Source: Acidobacteriota bacterium (GTDB taxonomy: Bacteria > Acidobacteriota > Polarisedimenticolia > SMYD01). Taken from it: DNA of 58,508 nt. Positions 44,738 through 52,806 of this stretch are shown here, one piece after another. The stretch is taken from positions 1 through 58,508 of the forward strand of contig JBHHZI010000004.1 of NCBI GenBank assembly GCA_046757965.1, in the 5' to 3' direction. A program made the position numbers and the translations under genes. Numbering within the stretch: position 1 is the first letter of the stretch; every line of letters starts with the position of its first letter. The notes beneath the pieces are model-generated. The model saw only the letters and a list, made by a program, of their open reading frames with translations, made no database searches and was not told the DNA's origin.

Positions 44738-45450
44738 GCGGGTCTGGTCATGAACAGTTCACCGATCGGGAATCGCGCCTGGAGGAGGCCCTGGGCACCG
44801 TCCGCCGTCTCTTCGAGGAGCAGGCATCCAGCGCGCCGGGGGAGCCGGCGGCGGCCGTGGCGGCGGCCACGGACGGCACCGACGACCTGCTGATGAATCT
44901 CTACGTTGCCGGGTTGCACCTGCACGGAAGTCTCGATCTGCACGATGTGCTGGTCAATCTCCGCGAGATCCTGATCAATCTGGTCGGCGTGGAACGATTT
45001 GTCCTGTACGTGGCGGACAGCACGGCCCGGAACCTGCGGGCGGTGGCTGACGAGACGGGCCTGGTACGGGGGCCGGCAACCGCCGGACCGGAAGGGGGCA
45101 TCGTGTCCGTGGTGGTCCGCACCGGCATTCCGTACTTCGCCGCGGACGACGATGCCGAGACGACACCGGGAGGACCCTGCGTCGCCTGCGTGCCCCTGAA
45201 GATGGCCGGAGCGGTCCTCGGGGTCGTGAAGATCGAGCGGCTCGTCGCCCACAAGTCCGGCTTCGAGCAGCGAGATCATGAGATCCTGAACCTGGTCGGG
45301 GAGCAGTCCGGTCCGGCACTGCTGGCCGCGGCGCTCTACCGCCGGTATCTCGGCACACAGAACGGCACCTCCCCGGGCCCTGCGGGGGTGCTGTTCGGGC
45401 TTCTCGACGTGGCACCGGGGACGGAATCATCCCAGGAGACGGCGCCATGA
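44734..45450 (+). CDS. Stand-alone GAF-domain protein
   Basis: LDLHDVLVNLREILINLVGVERFVLYVAD...VPLKMAGAVLGVVKIERL. ATGA overlaps with cheB and with the downstream cheY. Confidence 0.6.
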   Translation: MSGSGHEQFTDRESRLEEALGTVRRLFEEQASSAPGEPAAAVAAATDGTDDLLMNLYVAGLHLHGSLDLHDVLVNLREILINLVGVERFVLYVADSTARNLRAVADETGLVRGPATAGPEGGIVSVVVRTGIPYFAADDDAETTPGGPCVACVPLKMAGAVLGVVKIERLVAHKSGFEQRDHEILNLVGEQSGPALLAAALYRRYLGTQNGTSPGPAGVLFGLLDVAPGTESSQETAP

Positions 45451-45848
45451 GACGGATGACCTTTCTTGTGGTCGAGGACTCGCCGGCGATGCGCCAGCTC
45501 ATCGGCTTCGCGCTCAAACGGTTTCCGGATTGCCGGATTCTCCAGGCCGTGGACGGCGCCGACGCCCTGCGCACCATGGCCTATGAACCGATCGACGTCC
45601 TCATCACGGACATCAACATGCCGATCATGGATGGCCTCAAGCTGGTCAAGGTGGTTCGTGGTAATCCGGCGATGGCCGACCTGCCGATCATCATCGTCAC
45701 GACCGAAGGAGCCGATGCGGACCGCGAGCGCGGCATGAAACTCGGCGCGGATGCGTATGTCGCCAAGCCGATGGAGGCTGGGGACCTCGTCCGGACGGTG
45801 AACGAGGTCCTGAAGCGCAAGGCCGCGGCGCGGCCGTCTGTTCCCTGA
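45447..45848 (+). CDS. cheY: CheY-like single-domain response regulator (paralog of the gene at 36556)
   Basis: FLVVEDSPAMR, VLITDINMP and AYVAKPM. Confidence 0.85.
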   Translation: MRRMTFLVVEDSPAMRQLIGFALKRFPDCRILQAVDGADALRTMAYEPIDVLITDINMPIMDGLKLVKVVRGNPAMADLPIIIVTTEGADADRERGMKLGADAYVAKPMEAGDLVRTVNEVLKRKAAARPSVP

Positions 45849-45870
45849 CCCTCCGCGTCCTGCGGCAAGC

Positions 45871-45899
45871 AAGACTTTCCCCCGCGCGCACGGTACAAT
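45871..45899 (+). promoter_or_regulatory. Weak candidate promoter that would give a leaderless lptE mRNA
   Basis: AAGACT (45871-45876), 17 nt spacer, TACAAT (45894-45899). The GTG start at 45906 lies only 6 nt after the -10 box. Confidence 0.2.
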
Positions 45900-45905
45900 G
45901 CGCCC

Positions 45906-46427
45906 GTGTCTCGACGGACCTGCACCGGGGTTGTGATCCTGTCCCTGGTCCTCGCGGGGTGTGGCTACGCCCTGCAGGGGCGGGGCTCGAGCGTTCTGAG
46001 TCCGGGTATCGAGACCATCGGGGTGCCGCCGTTCAAGAACCTGACAGGTCGGCCGGAGCTCGAGCAACGCATCTCCGAGGAACTGCTCCGGCAGTTCCAG
46101 ATCCGGAGCCGCCGTCGCACGACAGCGTCCGCCGACGGAGCCGATGCGGTTCTGCGGGGTGAGGTCACGGCCTACCGGGAGACGCCGGTGGAATTCAACC
46201 CCGATGGTCGAGCGCGCACCATCGAGGTGCGGATCACGGCGCGGGCCCGCCTGCTGGCCACGCTCGACCAGCGGGTGATCTGGGCGTCCGACCACTTCAC
46301 CTTCCGGGAGTCGTACGCCGTCGGTGAGGAGGCCGCGGCGTTCGTCGAACTGGAGACGGTCGCCATCGAGGTCGTTGCCGCGGACTTTGCCGAGGCCGTG
46401 GTGACCTCGATCCTGGAAGGATTCTGA
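45906..46427 (+). CDS. lptE: LPS-assembly lipoprotein LptE-like
   Basis: Lipobox VILSLVLAGCGYALQGRG. Size is about 170 aa. It lies immediately upstream of holA, as in the E. coli lptE-holA arrangement. Confidence 0.6.
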   Translation: MSRRTCTGVVILSLVLAGCGYALQGRGSSVLSPGIETIGVPPFKNLTGRPELEQRISEELLRQFQIRSRRRTTASADGADAVLRGEVTAYRETPVEFNPDGRARTIEVRITARARLLATLDQRVIWASDHFTFRESYAVGEEAAAFVELETVAIEVVAADFAEAVVTSILEGF

Positions 46428-46428
46428 C

Positions 46429-47493
46429 GTGGCCTCGATGGACATCGGTGCCCTGAAGACCTCGCTCGAGGCCGGTCAGATCGCGCCGTTCTATCTCGTC
46501 GTCGGCGGCAGCACGTGGCATCGCACGGAGGCGGTGAGGATGGTGCGCGCTGCCACCGTGCCGGAGGCGGACCGCGCCCTGGCGGAGATCCGGGGGCGGA
46601 TCCGCGAGTGCGACCTGGTGAGCCTGCTCGACAGCGCCCGGACACTGCCGATGGGTGTGGCGCGCCGGCTGGTCGTGCTCAGCGACGGAGATGAACTGAA
46701 GAAGGAGGAGATCGCGCAGTTGCTCGACTATGCCGCCTCACCTCGGCTGACATCCACGGTGGTGCTGTGCGCCGCGAAACTGACGTCCGGAGAGGAGAGC
46801 CGCCGGCTGACGCGCCGGGCCACGGTGGTGACATGCCCGGAACCGCGCAACTGGGAGGTTGGACGATGGATCCGCGCGGAGATGACACGCCGGGAGCTGG
46901 CACACGACGCCGGGGTTCCCGAGGCGCTGCAGGCCCTTCTCGGCGATGCGCCGCGTGACCTGGCGGCCGGCCTGGACAAGCTCGAACTCTACATCGAGGG
47001 ACGCGGCGCGCGGCGCGTCGGTGTCGACGACGTGGAATCCAGTCTGTCCCGCCTTCCCCATGGCACCGTCTGGCAGTTCATCGAGGCCCTGGAGAATCGT
47101 GACACCGAGGCGTCGCTGGCTGCGCTTGCGGCCATCCTGGAGCTGGGCGAGCCGCCGGAATCGGTGCTGCGCCTCGTTCTCAGGAGCCGCCGGCAGATCA
47201 TGGCCGGACTGGCCGCGGCCGGGCGGGGCGAGGGAGATGACGGGATTCTCCAGGCGATGGGCACGTCGCCGCGGGCGCGCCAGGCCCCGCGGGTGCGCCG
47301 GGCCATCCTGGAGAGATTACGGCGTCACCGCCTCGACGAGGTGGTCGAGAGCCTGCCTCTGCTCCTGGCGGCCGATTCGCGCCTCAAGGGTGGTGGGGGC
47401 GGTGGAGGTCCGGGCGTCGTGCTGACCCGACTGGTGCTTGACCTGGTATCCACATGCAGGACCAAGGGGCTTGCGCCGAGCCGATTCGCGTGA
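46429..47493 (+). CDS. holA: DNA polymerase III delta subunit
   Basis: Length and N-terminal pattern (IAPFYLVVGGSTWHRTEAV) fit the family, as does the position after lptE. The start is either GTG 46429 or ATG 46438. Confidence 0.6.
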   Translation: MASMDIGALKTSLEAGQIAPFYLVVGGSTWHRTEAVRMVRAATVPEADRALAEIRGRIRECDLVSLLDSARTLPMGVARRLVVLSDGDELKKEEIAQLLDYAASPRLTSTVVLCAAKLTSGEESRRLTRRATVVTCPEPRNWEVGRWIRAEMTRRELAHDAGVPEALQALLGDAPRDLAAGLDKLELYIEGRGARRVGVDDVESSLSRLPHGTVWQFIEALENRDTEASLAALAAILELGEPPESVLRLVLRSRRQIMAGLAAAGRGEGDDGILQAMGTSPRARQAPRVRRAILERLRRHRLDEVVESLPLLLAADSRLKGGGGGGGPGVVLTRLVLDLVSTCRTKGLAPSRFA

Positions 47494-47527
47494 GCGATGG
47501 GCGGCTGGCCGGCGCCGGGAGAGGTGA

Positions 47528-47815
47528 ATGAGCGACGAGAAGAAGACAGCCCGTATCGAGATCAAGCTGCCGGATCGACTGGCGGGCGGGGCGTACGCCA
47601 ACAACATGGTGGTGGCGCACACTCGCGAGGAATTCGTGCTTGATTTCATGACCCTGTACAATCCGCGTGCCGGTGTGGTGACTGCCCGTGTGATCGTCAG
47701 CCCCGGGCACCTCAAGCGTATCGTCCGGGCTCTCTCGGACAATCTGTCCCTCTATGAGGCGAGCTATGGCGAGCTGTCCGAGGCGCCGCCTCCCGGAGAT
47801 GACGCGGTCAACTGA
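47528..47815 (+). CDS. DUF3467-like small protein
   Basis: GAYANNMVVAHTREEFVLDFM matches my memory of the DUF3467 core motif. SD GGGAGAGG precedes the start. The stop overlaps the dnaE ATG (TGATG). Confidence 0.65.
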   Translation: MSDEKKTARIEIKLPDRLAGGAYANNMVVAHTREEFVLDFMTLYNPRAGVVTARVIVSPGHLKRIVRALSDNLSLYEASYGELSEAPPPGDDAVN

Positions 47816-50800
47816 TGCCACGATCCTCGTTCGTTCACCTGCATAATCATTCCGAGTACTCGTTGCTCGACGGGTCCTGCCGGCTCCGGGAACTGGTGGA
47901 GTGCGCGGCCGCCTTCGACCAGCCGGCGGTGGCGCTCACCGATCACGGCAATCTGTTCGGCGCCCTCAAGTTCACGGAGGCTGCCCGTTCGGCCGGTGTC
48001 AAGCCGATCATCGGGCTGGAGGCGTACATGGCGGTGGGCTCGCGCCATGACCGGGGAGGCCCGGCCGGCGCGGGGCGTCGCAAACCATACCACCACATGA
48101 TCTTGCTGGCGCGAAACTATACCGGGTACCGCAATCTGCTGAAGCTCGTCTCCCTGGGATACACGGAGGGCTTCTACTACAAGCCGCGCATCGACAGGGA
48201 GATCCTGGCCGAGCATGCCGAGGGATTGATCGGCACGTCCGGATGCCTCGGCGGCGAGATCCCGCAGCTCCTGCTCGCCAACCGGACCGCGGATGCGGAG
48301 CGCGTCGCCGCGATCTATGCCGAGATGTTCGGGCCGGAGCACTTCTACATCGAGTTGCAGGCTCACGGCATCCCGGAAGAGGAACAGGTGTTTCCGGCGC
48401 TCGTGGACCTCTCCGCCAGGACGAGCGTGCCACTTCTGGCGACCAACGACTGTCATTACATGAGCGCCGCCGACCACTTTGCCCATGACGTCCTCATCTG
48501 CATCCAGACCGGCAAGACCACGGCGGATCCCCGGAGCCTTCGATTCACGGACCAGCACTACTTCAAGAGCAGCGAGGAGATGTCGCAGCGGTTTGCCGAC
48601 TATCCGGAATCGGTGGAAAACACCTTGCGGGTCGCCGGGATGTGCGATCTGGAGATGCCGGATTCGGGCTATCAGCTCCCGCACTTCACCGTTCCCGGCG
48701 AGGCGACGCCGGACGACTACCTGCGTCAGGTGACGCGCATCGGGTTCGAGAGCCGGCGAGCCGTCTGGGATCGTCTGGCGGCGAAGGGCGAGCTGCGGCG
48801 GTCGATCGAGGAGTACGGCCAGCGACTGGAGCGGGAGCTCGCCTGCATCGCGGAGATGGGCTTCTCGGGGTACTTTCTCATCGTGTGGGATCTGATCCGG
48901 CATGCGCGGAGCCTGCAGATCCCCGTCGGGCCCGGGCGAGGATCGGCGGCCGGATCTTTGGTGGCCTTCTGCCTCGGCATCACGAACATCGATCCCCTCC
49001 GGTACGATCTGCTCTTCGAGCGGTTTCTGAACCCCGAGCGGGTCACCATGCCGGACATCGACATCGATTTCTGCATGAAACGGCGTGGCGAGGTCATCGA
49101 CTACGTGACCGAGACGTACGGCCGTGAGAACGTGGCGCAGATCATCACCTTCGGGACCATGGCGGCTCGCGGTGTCATCCGCGATGCCGGCCGGGGATTG
49201 AACATCTCCTTCGCCCAGGTGGACAGGATTGCGAAGCTGGTTCCTCCGGACCTCGATGCGACCATCGCCAAGGCCCTCGCGTCGGTTCCGGCACTCAAGG
49301 AGGCGTACGAGACGGATCCGGCCATCACTCAGCTTCTCGACGTGGGGCAGCGGCTCGAGGGACTCGCCCGCCACGCGTCCACGCATGCGGCGGGCGTCGT
49401 GATCGCGCCAAGTCCGATCACCGACTTCGCGCCGCTCTACCAGGTCAAGGAAGGGGAACGCACCACCCAGTACTCCATGGGAGACATCGAGTCCATCGGC
49501 CTCCTGAAGATGGACTTCCTGGGTCTGAAGACCCTGACGCTCATCGACTCGGTGGTGAAGGGCATCCGGGACGGCCGCCGGGAAGACATCGATCTCGAGA
49601 CGCTGGACCTGGAAGATGCGGCCACCTACGCACTCTTCTGCCGGGGCGCCACCAGCGGCGTGTTCCAGTTCGAATCGGATGGCATGCGCGACATCCTGCG
49701 CAAGCTGCGCCCCGAGCGCTTCGAGGATCTGATCGCCCTCAACGCGCTGTATCGCCCGGGTCCGCTCCAGGGCGGCCTGGTGGATCAGTTCATCGAGCGG
49801 CGGCACGGAAAGGTCAAGGTCGACTATCCCGTCGGACAGCTGCGCGAGATCCTCGACGAAACCCACGGAGTGATCGTCTACCAGGAACAGGTCATGAAGA
49901 TCGCCTCCGAGCTGGGCGGATTCTCTCTGGGCGAAGCGGACCTCCTGCGGCGAGCCATGGGAAAGAAGAAGAAGGATCTGCTTGCCGCGCAGAAGAAGAA
50001 CTTCGTCGACGGCGCGGTGCAGCGCAGCATCGATGTGGGAAGCGCGGAGAAGATCTTCGAGCAGATGGAGTACTTCGCCGGCTACGGATTCAACAAGTCA
50101 CACTCGGCGGCCTACGCGCTGGTTGCGTATCAGACGGCGTACCTGAAGGCCCACTACCCGGTCGATTTCATGGCGGGTCTGCTGACCTCGGAGCGCAACA
50201 ACACCGAAAAGGTGGTGGCCTACATGAACGAGTGCCGCGAGATGGGCATCGACGTGTTGCCGCCGGACGTCAACACGTCTGCCGTGGATTTCGTGCCGGA
50301 AGGCGAGGCGATCCGGTTCGGACTGTCCGCGATCAAGAACATCGGAACCGCCGCCATCGACCATCTGATCTCGCGGAGAGATACGCTGGGACCATTCACG
50401 TCGTTACAGGAACTCGCCCGGGAAGTCGATTCCCGGCAGGTCAATCGCCGCGTGTTCGAGGCGCTGATCAAGAGCGGCTCGCTGGATGGCATCTTTCCCG
50501 TCCGTGCGCGGCTCATGGCGGCACTCGACCACGCTCTCGAGGCCGGACAGCGGCACCAGCAGGACAAGGCGCTGGGGCAGGGAGCCCTGTTCGGCTTCGA
50601 TGCCGCGGCGCGCGCACCGGAAGAAGCCCTGCCGGAATGTGCTGCCTGGACCGATCACGAGACGCTGGCCTTCGAGAAGGAGACCCTGGGTTTCTATCTC
50701 AGCGGCCACCCGCTGACGGAGTATGCCCGCGAGGTCGAGGCGTTTGGTTCACACTCGTCCGTGGGCCTGCGCGGTTGCCCGCCGGGGACGCCGGTGGCGG

Positions 50801-51303
50801 TTGCCGGCATGGTGGCGGCCATCCGGAAACGCAAGACCCGCAAGGGGGAATGGATGGCGGTCGTGACGCTCGAGGACCTGGAGGGGACCTGCGAGGCCGT
50901 GGTGTTCCCGCGCGTGCTGTCCCGGCACGGCGACCTGCTCGTGGAGGATGCCGCGATCCTGGTCTCGGGCCGCGGCGATAGCCAGGGAAGTGACGACCGG
51001 GGGCGGTTGCTGGTGGATGACATCGTGCCGCTGAAGGAGGCGCGCTCCCGGCGCGCGGAGGGCGTGACCATCGGCCTGCAGGCGCCGGGTCTGAACTCCG
51101 ACACACTCGATCGACTGCGAGAAGCGCTGGCGACCCACGAGGGCTCCGTCCCGGTGCGCTTCGTGCTGACGGTGCCGGATGCCTGCCGCGTCATCTTCCG
51201 ACCGACGCCCGAGGTGCGCGTCGAACCCGGTCCGGCTCTCACCGATGCGGTGGAAGCCCTCCTGGGTCGGGGATCGCTGCGACTCAGGCTGCGTGCGACG
51301 TAG
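47815..51303 (+). CDS. dnaE: DNA polymerase III alpha subunit
   Basis: PHP domain FVHLHNHSEYSLLDG. GLLKMDFLGLKTLT and FNKSHSAAYALVAYQTAYLKAHYP. C-terminal OB fold. Confidence 0.95.
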   Translation: MPRSSFVHLHNHSEYSLLDGSCRLRELVECAAAFDQPAVALTDHGNLFGALKFTEAARSAGVKPIIGLEAYMAVGSRHDRGGPAGAGRRKPYHHMILLARNYTGYRNLLKLVSLGYTEGFYYKPRIDREILAEHAEGLIGTSGCLGGEIPQLLLANRTADAERVAAIYAEMFGPEHFYIELQAHGIPEEEQVFPALVDLSARTSVPLLATNDCHYMSAADHFAHDVLICIQTGKTTADPRSLRFTDQHYFKSSEEMSQRFADYPESVENTLRVAGMCDLEMPDSGYQLPHFTVPGEATPDDYLRQVTRIGFESRRAVWDRLAAKGELRRSIEEYGQRLERELACIAEMGFSGYFLIVWDLIRHARSLQIPVGPGRGSAAGSLVAFCLGITNIDPLRYDLLFERFLNPERVTMPDIDIDFCMKRRGEVIDYVTETYGRENVAQIITFGTMAARGVIRDAGRGLNISFAQVDRIAKLVPPDLDATIAKALASVPALKEAYETDPAITQLLDVGQRLEGLARHASTHAAGVVIAPSPITDFAPLYQVKEGERTTQYSMGDIESIGLLKMDFLGLKTLTLIDSVVKGIRDGRREDIDLETLDLEDAATYALFCRGATSGVFQFESDGMRDILRKLRPERFEDLIALNALYRPGPLQGGLVDQFIERRHGKVKVDYPVGQLREILDETHGVIVYQEQVMKIASELGGFSLGEADLLRRAMGKKKKDLLAAQKKNFVDGAVQRSIDVGSAEKIFEQMEYFAGYGFNKSHSAAYALVAYQTAYLKAHYPVDFMAGLLTSERNNTEKVVAYMNECREMGIDVLPPDVNTSAVDFVPEGEAIRFGLSAIKNIGTAAIDHLISRRDTLGPFTSLQELAREVDSRQVNRRVFEALIKSGSLDGIFPVRARLMAALDHALEAGQRHQQDKALGQGALFGFDAAARAPEEALPECAAWTDHETLAFEKETLGFYLSGHPLTEYAREVEAFGSHSSVGLRGCPPGTPVAVAGMVAAIRKRKTRKGEWMAVVTLEDLEGTCEAVVFPRVLSRHGDLLVEDAAILVSGRGDSQGSDDRGRLLVDDIVPLKEARSRRAEGVTIGLQAPGLNSDTLDRLREALATHEGSVPVRFVLTVPDACRVIFRPTPEVRVEPGPALTDAVEALLGRGSLRLRLRAT

Positions 51304-51328
51304 CGGCCGATGACCGTGGTGACCGGCG

Positions 51329-51358
51329 TTGACACGTCTCTTCCGCCGGTGGTACGCT
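51329..51358 (+). promoter_or_regulatory. Candidate sigma70-type promoter for metK
   Basis: TTGACA (51329-51334), 18 nt spacer, TACGCT (51353-51358). Confidence 0.35.
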
Positions 51359-51433
51359 GACCTCTTTATCTTCACGCTGCCCGGTCGGTACCGGCCCGTC
51401 ATCCACACCAACCTGAACATGGAGATCGCGAGT

Positions 51434-52585
51434 ATGAGGACAAGAGGGCGCTATCTGTTCACCTCGGAGTCGGTCACGGAGGGACATCCGGACAAGATCG
51501 CGGATCAGATCTCGGACGGCGTTCTCGACGCCGTGCTGAGTGCCGATCCCGCCGGCCGGGTCGCCTGCGAGACACTCGTCACCACGGGGCTCGTCGTCGT
51601 CTCCGGCGAGATCACCTGCCGGCAGGCGCCCGATATTCCCCAGGTGGCGCGGCAGGTCATCGAGGAGGTCGGATACACACGGGCCAAGTTCGGATTCGAC
51701 TGCTCGACCTGCGCCGTGATCCAGGCCGTCGATCGCCAGTCGCCGGACATCGCGATGGGTGTCGACACCGGCGGCGCCGGGGATCAGGGCCTGATGTTCG
51801 GCTATGCGTGCGACGAGACCGACGAGCTCATGCCGATGCCCATCGCTCTGGCCCACAAGCTGGTCCGGTCGCTGTCGAACGCACGGCGGAACGCAGACCT
51901 GCCGTACCTTCGCCCTGACGGCAAATCTCAGGTCACCATCGAGTACGAGGGTTTCAAGCCGGTGAGAGTCGATGCCGTGGTGGTGTCCTCGCAGCACAGT
52001 GCAGAAGTCGAGATGGAAAAGATCCGGGAAGACGTCATCGCGCAGGTCATCCGTCCCACCATCCCGACGACGATGATCGACGACGACACGAAGTTCTTCG
52101 TCAATCCGACGGGCCGGTTCGTGGTCGGCGGCCCCCAGGGCGATTGTGGCCTCACCGGCCGCAAGATCATCGTCGACACGTACGGCGGTGCGGGCCGGCA
52201 CGGTGGGGGGGCGTTCTCCGGCAAGGATCCGACCAAGGTGGATCGCTCGGCATCGTACATGGCCCGTCACATCGCCAAGAATATCGTGGCGGGGCGACTC
52301 GCGACCCGTGTCGAGGTTCAGCTCGCGTATGCCATCGGCGTCGCCGAGCCGGTCTCGGTGATGGTTGATTCCTTCGGCACCGCCACCGTGGCCGAGTCAT
52401 CCATCGAATCGGCGATCCGCGAGGTCTTTCCGCTCACCCCGAAGGGGATCATGGAAGCGCTGGATCTCCGCCGCCCGATCTTCCGCAAGACCGCCGCCTT
52501 CGGGCATTTTGGCCGGAGTGAACCGGAGTTCACCTGGGAGCGGACCGATCGGTCCAGCGAACTCGCCCGCGCCGCACAGGGGTGA
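51434..52585 (+). CDS. metK: S-adenosylmethionine synthase
   Basis: [33 protein letters not shown] and [19 protein letters not shown] at 51434 (alternative ATG at 51419). Confidence 0.95.
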   Translation: MRTRGRYLFTSESVTEGHPDKIADQISDGVLDAVLSADPAGRVACETLVTTGLVVVSGEITCRQAPDIPQVARQVIEEVGYTRAKFGFDCSTCAVIQAVDRQSPDIAMGVDTGGAGDQGLMFGYACDETDELMPMPIALAHKLVRSLSNARRNADLPYLRPDGKSQVTIEYEGFKPVRVDAVVVSSQHSAEVEMEKIREDVIAQVIRPTIPTTMIDDDTKFFVNPTGRFVVGGPQGDCGLTGRKIIVDTYGGAGRHGGGAFSGKDPTKVDRSASYMARHIAKNIVAGRLATRVEVQLAYAIGVAEPVSVMVDSFGTATVAESSIESAIREVFPLTPKGIMEALDLRRPIFRKTAAFGHFGRSEPEFTWERTDRSSELARAAQG

Positions 52586-52640
52586 GCCCACCGGAATCGC
52601 GCCGCGACCGTCCCCGGGCCCACAGGGTGACAGGGCTCAT

Positions 52641-52663
52641 GGGGTCCGCAGCTTGGGGACCCC
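52641..52663 (+). terminator. Possible GC-rich hairpin after metK, with no U-tract
   Basis: GGGGTCC-gcagcttgg-GGACCCC (7-bp stem), 56 nt after the metK stop. Confidence 0.2.
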
Positions 52664-52806
52664 GCCGCTGTCGGGTAGCCTCCCGCCCGACGACCAGGCT
52701 GGGGTTGCGTCGAAGGTAACTTGTAGATAGTAAAGGGATTATTCGTATCCCGCCCGACTCCCTGTGCTACACTGGCACGGTTGGCGCTCGACGTCTTCAA
52801 TCGCTC

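Noticed and set aside
51359-51433. SAM riboswitch upstream of metK
   Set aside because: The predicted leader is only about 70 nt. I see none of the SAM-I core elements, nor a convincing pseudoknot of the SAM-II/V type. An Infernal scan would be needed to be certain.
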